A stretch of DNA of 64,000 nucleotides from contig OY970309.1 of the NCBI GenBank assembly GCA_963716395.1, positions 256,001 to 320,000 on the forward strand, given 5' to 3'. This document shows, one piece after another, positions 29,765 through 39,405 of the stretch. Positions within the stretch are counted from its first letter, which is position 1. Each line of letters opens with the position of its first letter. This stretch comes from an uncultured Fibrobacteria bacterium (lineage in GTDB: Bacteria; Fibrobacterota; Fibrobacteria; UBA11236). Position numbers and translations under genes: made by a program. The notes under the pieces are model-generated. The model saw only the letters and a program-made list of their open reading frames with translations, was not told where the DNA came from and did no database searches.

Positions 29765-31324
29765 ATGATGCGCTTCACCTGCGGAAAAAGAAGACGATTT
29801 ACCCTGTGGCTGCTGATTTTGGCGGCGTCCGCGGCCACGGCGAACGCCAAGAACGACGGAGACGCGAGCAAGCGGCCCAAACCCGGCAGCATCGCGCTGG
29901 GCATGGGGCCGGGGGCGCAAACCGACCCACAGAAAGTCGATGCGCTCAATCAGTTGTTCGGCAAGGTCGTGCAAGCGGTCATTCCCAGCGTGGTGTCGGT
30001 CACCACCGAAAAGAAGTGGAGCCAGGAGCCTCCGCAAGCATTGAACAATCCGCTGTTCGAATTCTTCGGCATGCCGCAACCCAATCCACCTCAGGACAAA
30101 TCGCCCAAGCGCAACATTCCCCTGGGTGGCGGATCGGGATTCATCGTGTCCAAAGAAGGGTATATCTTCACCAACGCGCATGTGGTCGAAGGGGCCGACA
30201 TCATCAATGTGGCGCTTTCCAACAACCAAACCTATACGGCCAAGGTGGTGGGCGTCGATAAAAAATCCGATGTGGCCGTCATCAAAATCGACGCGCCCCC
30301 CGGCGAACTCAACCCCGTCAAGTTCGGCGACTCGCATGCGCTGCAAATCGGAGAATGGGTGTTGGCTGTCGGCAATCCCTTCGCGCTGCAGAACACGGTC
30401 ACGGCCGGCATCGTGTCGGCCAAGGGCCGCCGCGATCAATTCACCGAGGGCGATTCGTATCAAGACTTCATCCAAACCGACGCCGCGGTGAATCCCGGCA
30501 ATTCGGGCGGCCCGCTGGTAAATCTGCACGGCGAAGTAGTGGGCATCAATTCCAGCATCTATACCCGCACCGGCGGTTATATGGGCGTGAGTTTCGCCAT
30601 TCCCATCAACATGGCGGTCGAGGTGGCCAAGGAATTGATTTACGCCGGCCATGTCACCCGCGGCTATCTGGGCGTGGGCATCGACAATGTCGACGACGAT
30701 TTGGCCGGTGCGCTGGGGCTGCCCGGCACCCAGGGCTGCGTGGTGCGCGAAGTCATGCCGGAATCGCCGGCGGCGCATGCCGGTCTCAAGAACGGCGACA
30801 TCATCCTCAAGGTCGACACCATCACGGTGCTCGACGCCGCGTATCTGCGCAATCTCGTGGCCGAGCTGCACCCGGGCGACTCGCATGGCTTCGAACTCTG
30901 GCGCGACGGCAAAAAACTGGTGGTGAACATCAAGCTCGGCACCAAACCCGGCGAAGAAGCGGACGCAGGCTCGGGCTCCAGCGAAGAGGGCGAAGACGCT
31001 TCGGGAAATTTCCGCACCCATAAACTCGGACTGCGCTTCGGGGCCATCGACGCCGACGCGCGCAACCGCTACGACATTCCCAAAACCGTTTCCGGCGCCG
31101 TGGTGCTGGAAGTGATGGACGGCTCTTCGGCGGCCGACAACGGCATGCTTGAAGGCATGGTCATCTCGGCCTACAAGCGGCGCGAAGATCCGACCTTTAT
31201 TCCCGTCCAGAGCCCCCATCAATTGCTGCAAGCCATCGACGCGCTGAAAGACGGCCAGAACATCGCCTTTCAGGTGTATTACAAGGGCAAAACCAATTTG
31301 CTGGCGTTGCGGGCGCAGGAATAA
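29765..31324 (+). CDS. degP: HtrA/DegP (Do) family serine endopeptidase with two PDZ domains
   Basis: Signal peptide; GSGFIV, TNAHVV (His), DVAVIK (Asp), IQTDAAVNPGNSGGPL (Ser), RGYLGV, two PDZ regions. Confidence 0.92.
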   Translation: MMRFTCGKRRRFTLWLLILAASAATANAKNDGDASKRPKPGSIALGMGPGAQTDPQKVDALNQLFGKVVQAVIPSVVSVTTEKKWSQEPPQALNNPLFEFFGMPQPNPPQDKSPKRNIPLGGGSGFIVSKEGYIFTNAHVVEGADIINVALSNNQTYTAKVVGVDKKSDVAVIKIDAPPGELNPVKFGDSHALQIGEWVLAVGNPFALQNTVTAGIVSAKGRRDQFTEGDSYQDFIQTDAAVNPGNSGGPLVNLHGEVVGINSSIYTRTGGYMGVSFAIPINMAVEVAKELIYAGHVTRGYLGVGIDNVDDDLAGALGLPGTQGCVVREVMPESPAAHAGLKNGDIILKVDTITVLDAAYLRNLVAELHPGDSHGFELWRDGKKLVVNIKLGTKPGEEADAGSGSSEEGEDASGNFRTHKLGLRFGAIDADARNRYDIPKTVSGAVVLEVMDGSSAADNGMLEGMVISAYKRREDPTFIPVQSPHQLLQAIDALKDGQNIAFQVYYKGKTNLLALRAQE

Positions 31325-31383
31325 AATCAGGGGCGGCCCACTTCCGCCCGCCTTTCGCATCCGCTGCGGCGGATTTGTGGGAC

Positions 31384-31543
31384 ACCGCGCGCTTCAAACC
31401 ATCTTCCGGGTGGGGTGGTAGGTTCGACATCCCTCGACGGGCTCACCCACCGCATTGCCTGCTCGACCACCGTGCCTGAGTATGGTTCCCGAGCCGCCGA
31501 GGGATGGTTCCCGTGTAAGTCGAGGGATATCGAAGGGCGCGGT
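31384..31543. repeat. Nested inverted-repeat (REP-like) cluster in the degP / TBDR convergent intergenic region
   Basis: TTCGACATCCCTCGAC(31423-38)/GTCGAGGGATATCGAA(31519-34) 15/16 complementary; outer ACCGCGCGCTTC/GAAGGGCGCGGT 11/12; internal tandem ATGGTTCCCG...CGAGGG x2. Confidence 0.6.
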
Positions 31544-31616
31544 CAGACGGCCCGCGGGGACATGACGGTAGATTTCGGGATTCACGCTCGGTGGCCGTAC
31601 AATGCGGACCGCCCCA

Positions 31617-34064
31617 TCAAATCTTCAATTTGCCTTCCAGCCCGAACATGATGAACAGTCCCAGGCCACGCGTCACCACCGGCAACAGGTCGCCATTGGG
31701 ATCGGCGCGCGTCCAGCCGCGCTGGCGCTGGTTCTCCCCGCCCAACCAAGCCAGCCACGTGCCATCGTAGTTATTGAACAAATTGTCGGCCTCGAAGAAA
31801 AAGCGCATCGATTCCAGCGGCCGCCAATGGCTTTTGAGATCGAGATTGATGCGCAGATCGAGGCGATGGCGCGTGGCTTCGGGGGTTTCCGGATTCTGCT
31901 CGATGGTGCGCATGTTAGTGGAACGATCCTGCGATGCATCCCACAATCCGGTATAGGCGTAGAGCGGCGCGCCGTCGCTGACCGTATAGGTGAAAATAAA
32001 ACTCAAGAGCGAATCGCTGCGCGGCAGAATGCGGATGTTGGAGGAGAGATCCAGCGAGCGGTTGGATTGCCAAGGCAGGTAGGATCCGTCTTCGAGATGG
32101 TAGTCGCCGTTGATGATGGAAGCGTTCGTCCCCATGCCGAAATGATGACTCGGCAGATAAAAGAGGGTGAGGTCGCCGCCGTCGACAAAGGCGAAATCCG
32201 AAGTATGGGACTCGGTGTAATTCCAGAATACGTCGGGTTCGGGCAGCTCGGGATCGAGATACCAGCGGCTGTAACCGCTCCAGGCATAGCGGAAGGTGGG
32301 CCCGAACATGCCGTCGCCGCCGAATTTGAATTCGGCGCTGGGGGTGGCCTTGGCCACGATGTTGTTGAGGCCGTGGGGAACGATGTCGACCTGCTGGCGT
32401 GTGGCGATTTCAGTGTACACCTTATGATCCGAATTGAGCGGATGCGTGAAGCGCAACGAGGCCAGCGGCAGCGGCGACAGGGCGTCCGGCGCCTTGCCCT
32501 CGAAGGGGCCGTTGTAACTCCAAGCCGCGCCGAGAGAGGCATCCAAGGTGTTTTTGTGCGTCAAGGTCCAATGCAGGCGGTACATAGCGTCGGCTGTAAA
32601 CAGATCGCGATCCAGCGCTTGGTTGACGGCATTCTCTGCGGTACCGTAACCGATGTCGACATAGTCGCGCGCTTCCCGAAAGTATTCGAGCTCGACCCCG
32701 TAGGTAGTTTGTGCGCCGAACTGCTTGGTATTGGGCGAATACTTGGAGGAGAGGATGCCTTCTTTGTCGTTGCGGCCCAGGCCGCCCAGCGAATAGCCGT
32801 TCAGGTTGTCGGTTTGATTCCAGTCTCCGGCGTCGGCCGTGGGCGGCAAAGTGTCGCGGTAAGCATCATTGTAATTGCGGTTCAGCCAGGAGAAACCCCA
32901 CTCCCATTCCCCGTTGGGTCCGGGCCGCACCGACTCATAGGCATACAGCCAGGCGCCCTGGAAGCCCTTCACCAAAGGCACCGGCACAACATTTTGCAAG
33001 TTATCGCTCAAATCCTGATCGACTTCGTAATCGTCTTCGAGCACGATCAGGCTGTGGCGACTAAAGGCGCCGGTCAACGAGTCGCGCCTGAAGGTGCTCA
33101 GGAACAAATCGCCGCTGGTCAATTGAAAGGGGTCGGACAGGCAATTCTGCAGGGTATCGTTGCAGGCCTGCCCGCTTTTGTTGAGGCGCGCATCCTTGGG
33201 CGTGGTGAAGAATTGGCTGCCCAAGGTTCCCAGCGAATTGGGATCGAGGTAGCGGCCGCTGAAGATGAAGGTGCGCCCGCCCCAATACCCCGTGACCGTG
33301 GCTTCGCGATTGGTGCTCCCCAGCACCAGATTGCCGTGGATGGCTTCGGGGTCGCCGTCTTGGAGTTCGTATACCAAGGCCGAGGCGTTGCCCTGGTCCA
33401 GAGGTCCGCGGGCCAGATTGTCGGCGACGGTAATCGACTTGAGCACGCGCGGGTTGATCACACTCTCGTTCCCGGGAAAGCCGAAGTCAAGATGACGCAG
33501 GCTGGGAATACGGCTTTCCCCGAGATAATGCGTGACATCCTGAGTGCGCGATCCGTAGACGGAAATGTCGTTGGTCCATTCGTTCATGCCCGCGACGCCG
33601 TGCAATTGCCGCAAGTCGTCGTTGAGGTCCATGCGCATGCCCTGCAGCAGTTCCAGTTCGTCGATGGTGTGGGCCTGCGAGGGGTCATAGGGTTTGACCG
33701 TGCCATAGGCCGTGACTTCGCTCAACTCCTGCACCGACGATTCCATGGTGATGTGCGCGTCGATCAAGTCGGGCAGGGTAGAAAGGTCGACGTCGCGGTC
33801 TTTGTAACCGGGATGGCTGAAAATAACGTGGGCGCGGCGGTTGTTCACGGTGAGTTCGAAGCGCCCGGTGCTCTGCGTCGTGCCCAGCAGCTTTCCGTCG
33901 GGCGTGCGCGCCTCGGCGCCGCCGATGGGCTCGCCCCGGTCGGCGTCGACCAGTTGTCCCACGAAGTCATAGGTTTGGGCGCGCCCGAGCTGGGGCAGAA
34001 TCAGCAAGGCGAGAAAAGAGAAGGGGCGCAACCAATGCGCCGCGCGGGCGGAGAAATTCTTCAT
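31617..34064 (-). CDS. TonB-dependent outer-membrane receptor
   Basis: Signal peptide; CarboxypepD_reg-like N-domain (GQLVDADRGEPIGGA..GRFEL..HPGYK), LSEVTAYG, plug (LRQLHGV, ISVYGS), barrel with HRLDLRI and FEADNLFN. Confidence 0.85.
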   Translation of the reverse strand: MKNFSARAAHWLRPFSFLALLILPQLGRAQTYDFVGQLVDADRGEPIGGAEARTPDGKLLGTTQSTGRFELTVNNRRAHVIFSHPGYKDRDVDLSTLPDLIDAHITMESSVQELSEVTAYGTVKPYDPSQAHTIDELELLQGMRMDLNDDLRQLHGVAGMNEWTNDISVYGSRTQDVTHYLGESRIPSLRHLDFGFPGNESVINPRVLKSITVADNLARGPLDQGNASALVYELQDGDPEAIHGNLVLGSTNREATVTGYWGGRTFIFSGRYLDPNSLGTLGSQFFTTPKDARLNKSGQACNDTLQNCLSDPFQLTSGDLFLSTFRRDSLTGAFSRHSLIVLEDDYEVDQDLSDNLQNVVPVPLVKGFQGAWLYAYESVRPGPNGEWEWGFSWLNRNYNDAYRDTLPPTADAGDWNQTDNLNGYSLGGLGRNDKEGILSSKYSPNTKQFGAQTTYGVELEYFREARDYVDIGYGTAENAVNQALDRDLFTADAMYRLHWTLTHKNTLDASLGAAWSYNGPFEGKAPDALSPLPLASLRFTHPLNSDHKVYTEIATRQQVDIVPHGLNNIVAKATPSAEFKFGGDGMFGPTFRYAWSGYSRWYLDPELPEPDVFWNYTESHTSDFAFVDGGDLTLFYLPSHHFGMGTNASIINGDYHLEDGSYLPWQSNRSLDLSSNIRILPRSDSLLSFIFTYTVSDGAPLYAYTGLWDASQDRSTNMRTIEQNPETPEATRHRLDLRINLDLKSHWRPLESMRFFFEADNLFNNYDGTWLAWLGGENQRQRGWTRADPNGDLLPVVTRGLGLFIMFGLEGKLKI

Positions 34065-34152
34065 GGCGGATGATCGGCAACAAACTAGAAAGTCGCCCCC
34101 GCAAAAGCCCCGGCCGGGGTTCTAGATTTGCTGACCCGAGGAGGCTACCCGC

Positions 34153-35424
34153 ATGCTGGATGCCAAACTGTACCGCGAAGATCCCGATCGCGTGCGCGAA
34201 GGCCTACGCCGCCGGGGCGCGGCGTTCGACTTCGACGCCTTGCTGCATCTCGACCAGGAAAAACGCGCACTGGGGGCCGATCTCGACCGCCTGAAAGCCG
34301 AACGCAACACGGCCACCGCCTCTATCGCTGAAATGAAAAAGCTGGGCCGCGATGCCTCCGAAGCCATCGAAAAAACCCGCGGACTCGGCGACCGCATCGC
34401 GGCGGCCCAAGAGCGATTCCATGCGACCGAGGAACGTTGGCGCGCCCTGGCCCTGCTCTGCCCCAACCTGCCGCATACCTCGGTGCCCGAGGGCCGAAGC
34501 CCCGCCGACAACCGGGTGGTGAAAACCTGGGGCCGGCCGCTGGACGCCTCGCTGCCCATTCCCCATCATCTCGAAATCGGCGAGCAGCTCGGGCTTTTCG
34601 ATTTTGAACGCGGCAGCAAAATTTCGGGGCGGGGATTTCCCATCTACACCGGCATGGGGGCGCGGCTTGAACGCGCCCTGATCAATTTTTTTCTCGACAC
34701 GCACGTGCAGGCGGGGTTCACGGAAATCGCGCCGCCCTATCTGGTGTCGCGCGCCAGCATGATCGGCACGGGCCAGCTTCCCAAATTCGAAGAGGACATG
34801 TACCGCTGCGACGCCGACGACCTCTTTCTCATCCCCACGGCCGAGGTGCCGGTCACCAACATGCACGCCGGCGAGGTGCTCGACGCCGCGTCGCTGCCGC
34901 GGCGCTACTGCGCCTACAGCGCGTGCTTTCGCCGCGAAGCGGGGTCGTGGGGCGCCGACACGCGCGGCTTTCTGCGCCTGCACCAGTTCGACAAGGTGGA
35001 AATGGTGTGCTTCTCGCATCCGGAGCAATCCTACGAAGCCCTGGAAATGCTGCGCGCGCAGGGTGAAGAATTGCTGCGCCAACTCGAACTCCCCTACCGC
35101 GTGCTGGAACTGTGCGCCGGCGACCTCGGCTTCGGCGCGGCCAAATGCTATGACCTGGAGGTGTGGGCGCCGGCCGAAAAAAGATGGCTCGAAGTGTCAT
35201 CGTGCTCCAACTTCGAAGACTTCCAGGCCCGACGCGCCGACATTCGCGCCAAGATCGACGGCAAGCCCCAGTTCGTGCATACCCTGAACGGTTCGGGTCT
35301 GGCCACGCCCCGCGTCCTGGTGGCCTTGCTCGAAAACCACCGCACTCCGCAAGGCAGAGTGCGTGTGCCCGAAGCCCTGCGCCCCTATCTCGGCGGCCGG
35401 GAGGAGATCGGCGTCACGCCGTAG
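34153..35424 (+). CDS. serS: Serine--tRNA ligase
   Basis: TGQLPKFEEDMY, LIPTAEVPV, CFRREAGS, RLHQFDKVE, EVSSCSNF, TLNGSGLA. Confidence 0.98.
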   Translation: MLDAKLYREDPDRVREGLRRRGAAFDFDALLHLDQEKRALGADLDRLKAERNTATASIAEMKKLGRDASEAIEKTRGLGDRIAAAQERFHATEERWRALALLCPNLPHTSVPEGRSPADNRVVKTWGRPLDASLPIPHHLEIGEQLGLFDFERGSKISGRGFPIYTGMGARLERALINFFLDTHVQAGFTEIAPPYLVSRASMIGTGQLPKFEEDMYRCDADDLFLIPTAEVPVTNMHAGEVLDAASLPRRYCAYSACFRREAGSWGADTRGFLRLHQFDKVEMVCFSHPEQSYEALEMLRAQGEELLRQLELPYRVLELCAGDLGFGAAKCYDLEVWAPAEKRWLEVSSCSNFEDFQARRADIRAKIDGKPQFVHTLNGSGLATPRVLVALLENHRTPQGRVRVPEALRPYLGGREEIGVTP

Positions 35425-35432
35425 CTCCCCGC

Positions 35433-36767
35433 GTGCCCGACGCCGATTTGCACATTCGCCTGCAAGGACTCCGCGGCCTGTGGCGGCGGGCCCGGCGCAC
35501 CGCGCGCCGACGCGCCGCCTCGGCGCCCTTGCCCGGCGCCCGCGCCGCCTTGTTCGGCACGGCCCTGGCGCTCTTGGCCGGCTTCACCATCTTAAACCAG
35601 GTCTTTCTTTCGCACCTGCGCGAACATGCCGATGCCATCAACGACAAAGAGGCGCGGCTATACGCGGTGGCCATTTCCGAACAGCTCACGCGCGAAGAAA
35701 TCAATGTCACCTTCAACGAGATCGTGCGCGAATCCGACGTGCCCATGATCATCACCAATCCCGAAGGCACGCCGATCAACTGGAACAACATCCGCAAAGG
35801 GTTGCTCGGCCGCGGGCGCGAACTCGGCGACGTGCCTTTTTCGACCCTGTCGTGGGAGGATCAGCAACTGCTGGTGCAATGGCTGCAGCGCATGGACGCC
35901 GAAAACCACCCGCTGGAACTCGACGTCGACGGCCAACGCTTCGGGGCCCTGCATTACGGCGATCCGCCCGTGGTGCGGGTGTTGTGGTGGACGCCGCTGG
36001 CCGAGTTGGTCATCACCCTGTTGTTCTGTTTCATCGGCTACTTCGGTTTCCACATCATTCGCAGCAACGAGCAAACTTTGCTATGGGTGGGCCTGGCCAA
36101 AGAAACCGCGCATCAGTTGGGTACGCCCATTTCCTCTCTGCTGGGGTGGATCGACATTTTACGCATGCGCCTCTCCGAACTGCCCGACAGCGAGAAAACC
36201 GTGCGCCTGCTGGGAGAAATGGAAAGCGACATCGCCCGGCTCAACCGCGTGGCCACGCGTTTTTCCAAAATCGGCTCGCTACCCGAATTGAAACCCGAGG
36301 ATTTGAACGAAATCATCCGCCTGACCATCCATTATTTCCAGTCCCGGTTGCCGCATTTGGGGAAACGCATCCGCATCGAAGAGCGCCTCGAAGACCTTCC
36401 CCCGGTTTTCCTAAGCGCCGAATTGATCGGCTGGGTGCTGGAAAACCTGCTGCGCAACGCGGTCGACTCCATTGAAGCGCAAGCGGGATTAATTATTATA
36501 TCCACCCAGTTCGTGGGCGAAGAAGGTGCGGTGCACCTGGACGTGGAAGACAACGGAAAAGGGATTCCCCGGGAACATTTCAAAACCGTTTTCAGCACCG
36601 GATTCACCACCAAAAAACGCGGTTGGGGATTGGGTCTTGCCCTCTGCCGGCGCATTGTGGAAGACTATCACGAAGGCAGGATTTTTGTGGAGAGCAGCGT
36701 GAAAGATGAAGGAACGGTCTTTAAGATCGTCCTGCCCGTGCATGCGGAACGGGGCGCGCGTCGATGA
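35433..36767 (+). CDS. Membrane sensor histidine kinase
   Basis: Two TM segments; H-box AKETAHQLGTPISSL, ENLLRNAVD, DNGKGI, GFTTKKRGWGLGL; ATGA overlap with the next gene; start approximate. Confidence 0.92.
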   Translation: MPDADLHIRLQGLRGLWRRARRTARRRAASAPLPGARAALFGTALALLAGFTILNQVFLSHLREHADAINDKEARLYAVAISEQLTREEINVTFNEIVRESDVPMIITNPEGTPINWNNIRKGLLGRGRELGDVPFSTLSWEDQQLLVQWLQRMDAENHPLELDVDGQRFGALHYGDPPVVRVLWWTPLAELVITLLFCFIGYFGFHIIRSNEQTLLWVGLAKETAHQLGTPISSLLGWIDILRMRLSELPDSEKTVRLLGEMESDIARLNRVATRFSKIGSLPELKPEDLNEIIRLTIHYFQSRLPHLGKRIRIEERLEDLPPVFLSAELIGWVLENLLRNAVDSIEAQAGLIIISTQFVGEEGAVHLDVEDNGKGIPREHFKTVFSTGFTTKKRGWGLGLALCRRIVEDYHEGRIFVESSVKDEGTVFKIVLPVHAERGARR

Positions 36768-38326
36768 CCGACACGGCTCCCAAACGCCTGTTGTGGGTCG
36801 ACGATGAAATCGAATTTCTGCGCGCCCACATTCTCTTTCTCGAAGAGCACGGCTACGCTGTGGAAAAAGCCACCAACGGCGACGACGGTCTGGTGCTGCT
36901 GCGCTCGCAACCCTTCGACCTCGTGCTGCTCGACGAACAGATGCCGGGCAAAGACGGGCTCACCACCTTGGAAGAGATCCGCGCCTATGATGCCGGCATT
37001 CCCGTGGTCATGGTCACCAAAAGCGAAGAAGAACGGCTGATGGAAGCGGCCTTGGGCCGCAATATCAATGGCTACCTCATCAAGCCCGTCAATCCTTCGC
37101 AAATCCTCTCGGTGTGCAAGGGTATTCTGCATTCGCGCGCCATCCGCAACAACCATGTGACCGCGACCTATGTGCGGGAATACGCCGAGCTCAAGGCGAA
37201 CCTGATGGCCAACCCTTCGCCCGCCAAGTGGGAAAAAATCCACTTTCAGCTCTGCAAATGGGACCTGGAATTGCAACAGATTTCCGACGCCGGGCTCGAG
37301 GAAACCCACCGTCAGAATCGTCGGGACATGGGGCGCCGTTTTCTCCACTACGTCGAGGAGAATTACGTCGGCTGGGTGGGCAAAAAGGGCGGCAACGCCA
37401 ACCTGCACACGCAGACTTTGCGCCGCAAGGTGATCCCATTGCTCAAAAAAGGCGAGCGCTGCGCCCTGGTGGTCATGGCCGGATTCCGGCTCGATCAATG
37501 GTTGTTGCTGCAGAATCAATTGGAATCCTGCTTTCGCGTCGAACACAGCCTAGCCTGGGCCCTGCTGCCCACCGAACAGACCATGTGCCGCACGGCCCTG
37601 TTCTCGGGGCAATGGCCGCGCGACGTGGCCCGCAACCAGCCGCTGCTGTGGAAGCGAATGCAGCAAGACGAAGACAAGGTGGCCTGCGAACGCGAACTTT
37701 TGAAAATTCAACTGCGCATGAACGAGATCGATCTGGAAGATCCTTATGTCGTGCATCTCCAACGGCGCGAAGACAGCGAACAGTTGGCCGCTGAACTCGA
37801 CCGGCTCGACGACGCCCCTTTGGTGGTGGTGGTGGTTGAATTTCTGGAAATGCTCAATGCCCTGCGCTCAGCCGAAGGGAGCCTGCTGCTCGAAATCGTT
37901 CCGGATGAACAAGGCATGCGCGATTTGACCGCCAACTGGTTTCGTTCCTCCAAGTTGCTCGAAGTGCTGAAAACCTTCGGCGAGCGCAAACGCACCGTCG
38001 TGCTCACCAGCGATCACGGCGCCGTGCGCGTGGACACGCCGGCCGAAGTCTTTTGCCAGGAGGAGAAATCACCCAACCCGCGGGTAAAAATCGGGTCCGA
38101 CATTTCCTGCGACGAACGGCACGCATTGTTCGTCGAGGCCCCGGCCCAGTTCGGACTGCCGGGAGAGACAGGGGAAATGCGGTATGCCATCGCCAAAGAC
38201 AGCGTCTACTTCGTCTACCCCAACAAGTTCCAGTATTTCGTAACCCAGTTCAAAGATCAAATGGTCAGCGGCGGACTTTCCCTCGACGAAATGGTGGTGC
38301 CGCTGGCGACGCTTTATCCCAAGTGA
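36764..38326 (+). CDS. porX: PorX-like response regulator (REC + PglZ/alkaline-phosphatase-fold domain)
   Basis: LLWVDDEIEFL, LLDEQMPG, MVTKSEEE, YLIKPVNP; PglZ-like RLDQW, LLPT..RTALFSG, TSDHG, GGLSLDEMVVP; followed by tsaE as in Bacteroidota. Confidence 0.8.
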   Translation: MTDTAPKRLLWVDDEIEFLRAHILFLEEHGYAVEKATNGDDGLVLLRSQPFDLVLLDEQMPGKDGLTTLEEIRAYDAGIPVVMVTKSEEERLMEAALGRNINGYLIKPVNPSQILSVCKGILHSRAIRNNHVTATYVREYAELKANLMANPSPAKWEKIHFQLCKWDLELQQISDAGLEETHRQNRRDMGRRFLHYVEENYVGWVGKKGGNANLHTQTLRRKVIPLLKKGERCALVVMAGFRLDQWLLLQNQLESCFRVEHSLAWALLPTEQTMCRTALFSGQWPRDVARNQPLLWKRMQQDEDKVACERELLKIQLRMNEIDLEDPYVVHLQRREDSEQLAAELDRLDDAPLVVVVVEFLEMLNALRSAEGSLLLEIVPDEQGMRDLTANWFRSSKLLEVLKTFGERKRTVVLTSDHGAVRVDTPAEVFCQEEKSPNPRVKIGSDISCDERHALFVEAPAQFGLPGETGEMRYAIAKDSVYFVYPNKFQYFVTQFKDQMVSGGLSLDEMVVPLATLYPK

Positions 38327-38378
38327 CCCGCCTCCGGGCGGTCAGCGCGCCGCCGAAGCGCCGAGTCGGAATCTGAAC

Positions 38379-38885
38379 ATGGAATGGCAAACCCTCTCGG
38401 CTTCGGAATCCGAAACCCTGGAGCGCGCCGCGGAATTGGGCCGGGTCTTGAAACCCGGCGATGCTGTGTCCCTGACGGGTCCGCTGGGTGCGGGCAAAAC
38501 CTTGTTTTGCCGCGGGCTCGCCCGCGCTTTGGGTTACGCGGGTCCGGTGACCTCGCCCAGCTATGCCTTGGTGCATGAATATGCCGGGGCTATACCGATT
38601 TACCATCTCGATTTGTACCGGCTGGCACTCGGCGCCGATTGGGAGGAGATCGGCATCGATCACTATTTCGGCGGTTCCGGAATCTGCCTGGTGGAGTGGC
38701 CCGAACGCCTGCCCGCCGGGCGGGCGGTTTTCACCTGGCGCATCGACTTGACGTCGGTCGACGCAACCCGGCGCCACCTCCGCTTGTCCGCGGCGGGACG
38801 ATTCACGGACCCAGTATTTTCCGGATGGAGTCGAGCCCAGACTGGTCCGCCGGCTCCAGCAACCCCCGAAACGTATCGGCCTTGA
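38379..38885 (+). CDS. tsaE: tRNA t6A37 biosynthesis ATPase TsaE
   Basis: GPLGAGKT, VTSPSY, YHLDLYRL, LVEWPE. Confidence 0.95.
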   Translation: MEWQTLSASESETLERAAELGRVLKPGDAVSLTGPLGAGKTLFCRGLARALGYAGPVTSPSYALVHEYAGAIPIYHLDLYRLALGADWEEIGIDHYFGGSGICLVEWPERLPAGRAVFTWRIDLTSVDATRRHLRLSAAGRFTDPVFSGWSRAQTGPPAPATPETYRP

Positions 38886-39237
38886 GTTCGGCCCGCGCCC
38901 CGGCCGTATCCCCCGAAACCAGCTTGGCGCGCACGCGTTCCAAATCGTCTTTTTCGCGGTCTTCCATGGATTCAATCGAGTCTATGCGCGCATAGATGAG
39001 GCTGTCGTTCAGGGTAGTGAGATATTGCGCGTTTTCCAATTTGTTGTAGAGCGTGGCGGCCTGGCGGAAATTTCCCGCCTGAAACAGCGCATCGGCCTGG
39101 CGGAAGCGCTCGCGGGAGTAACGTTTCTGGTACTGGTAATAGAAGGTGAAGCCGCCCACCAGCACCAACAGGCCGATGCCGATCACCCAATCCCACACCG
39201 CGGAAGTTTTCTCGTCCTCTTTTTCCAAAAAACTCAT
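38803..39237 (-). CDS. Hypothetical single-pass membrane protein with TPR-like helix pair
   Basis: One TM (WVIGIGLLVLVGGFTFYY) then ADALFQAGNFRQAATLY; 3' end overlaps tsaE convergently. Confidence 0.7.
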   Translation of the reverse strand: MSFLEKEDEKTSAVWDWVIGIGLLVLVGGFTFYYQYQKRYSRERFRQADALFQAGNFRQAATLYNKLENAQYLTTLNDSLIYARIDSIESMEDREKDDLERVRAKLVSGDTAGARAELKADTFRGLLEPADQSGLDSIRKILGP

Positions 39238-39405
39238 GGGTTTTCTTTCCGCGGCGCCCTCGACCGCGTCTTAAAGTTTAGCTAAAGGGTGTCGCTCCTT
39301 CCCGCATTTCAGCCGCAGCTGCGGCCCGATCCGCCCGGCGGAATCTGCGCGTGCCCTCCCCTTTTTCACCTCCGACGCAGGCGAAACGCGCTCGGGGAAG
39401 ATCCC

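Noticed and set aside
31418-31440. GGTTCGA T-loop-like sequence suggesting a tRNA
   Set aside because: Flanks do not form a T-stem and there is no acceptor stem or anticodon arm; it belongs to the inverted repeat.
36764-38326. PglZ domain as sign of a BREX/Pgl defence system
   Set aside because: It is fused to a REC domain in the porX-tsaE context, and no brxC/pglX genes are present.
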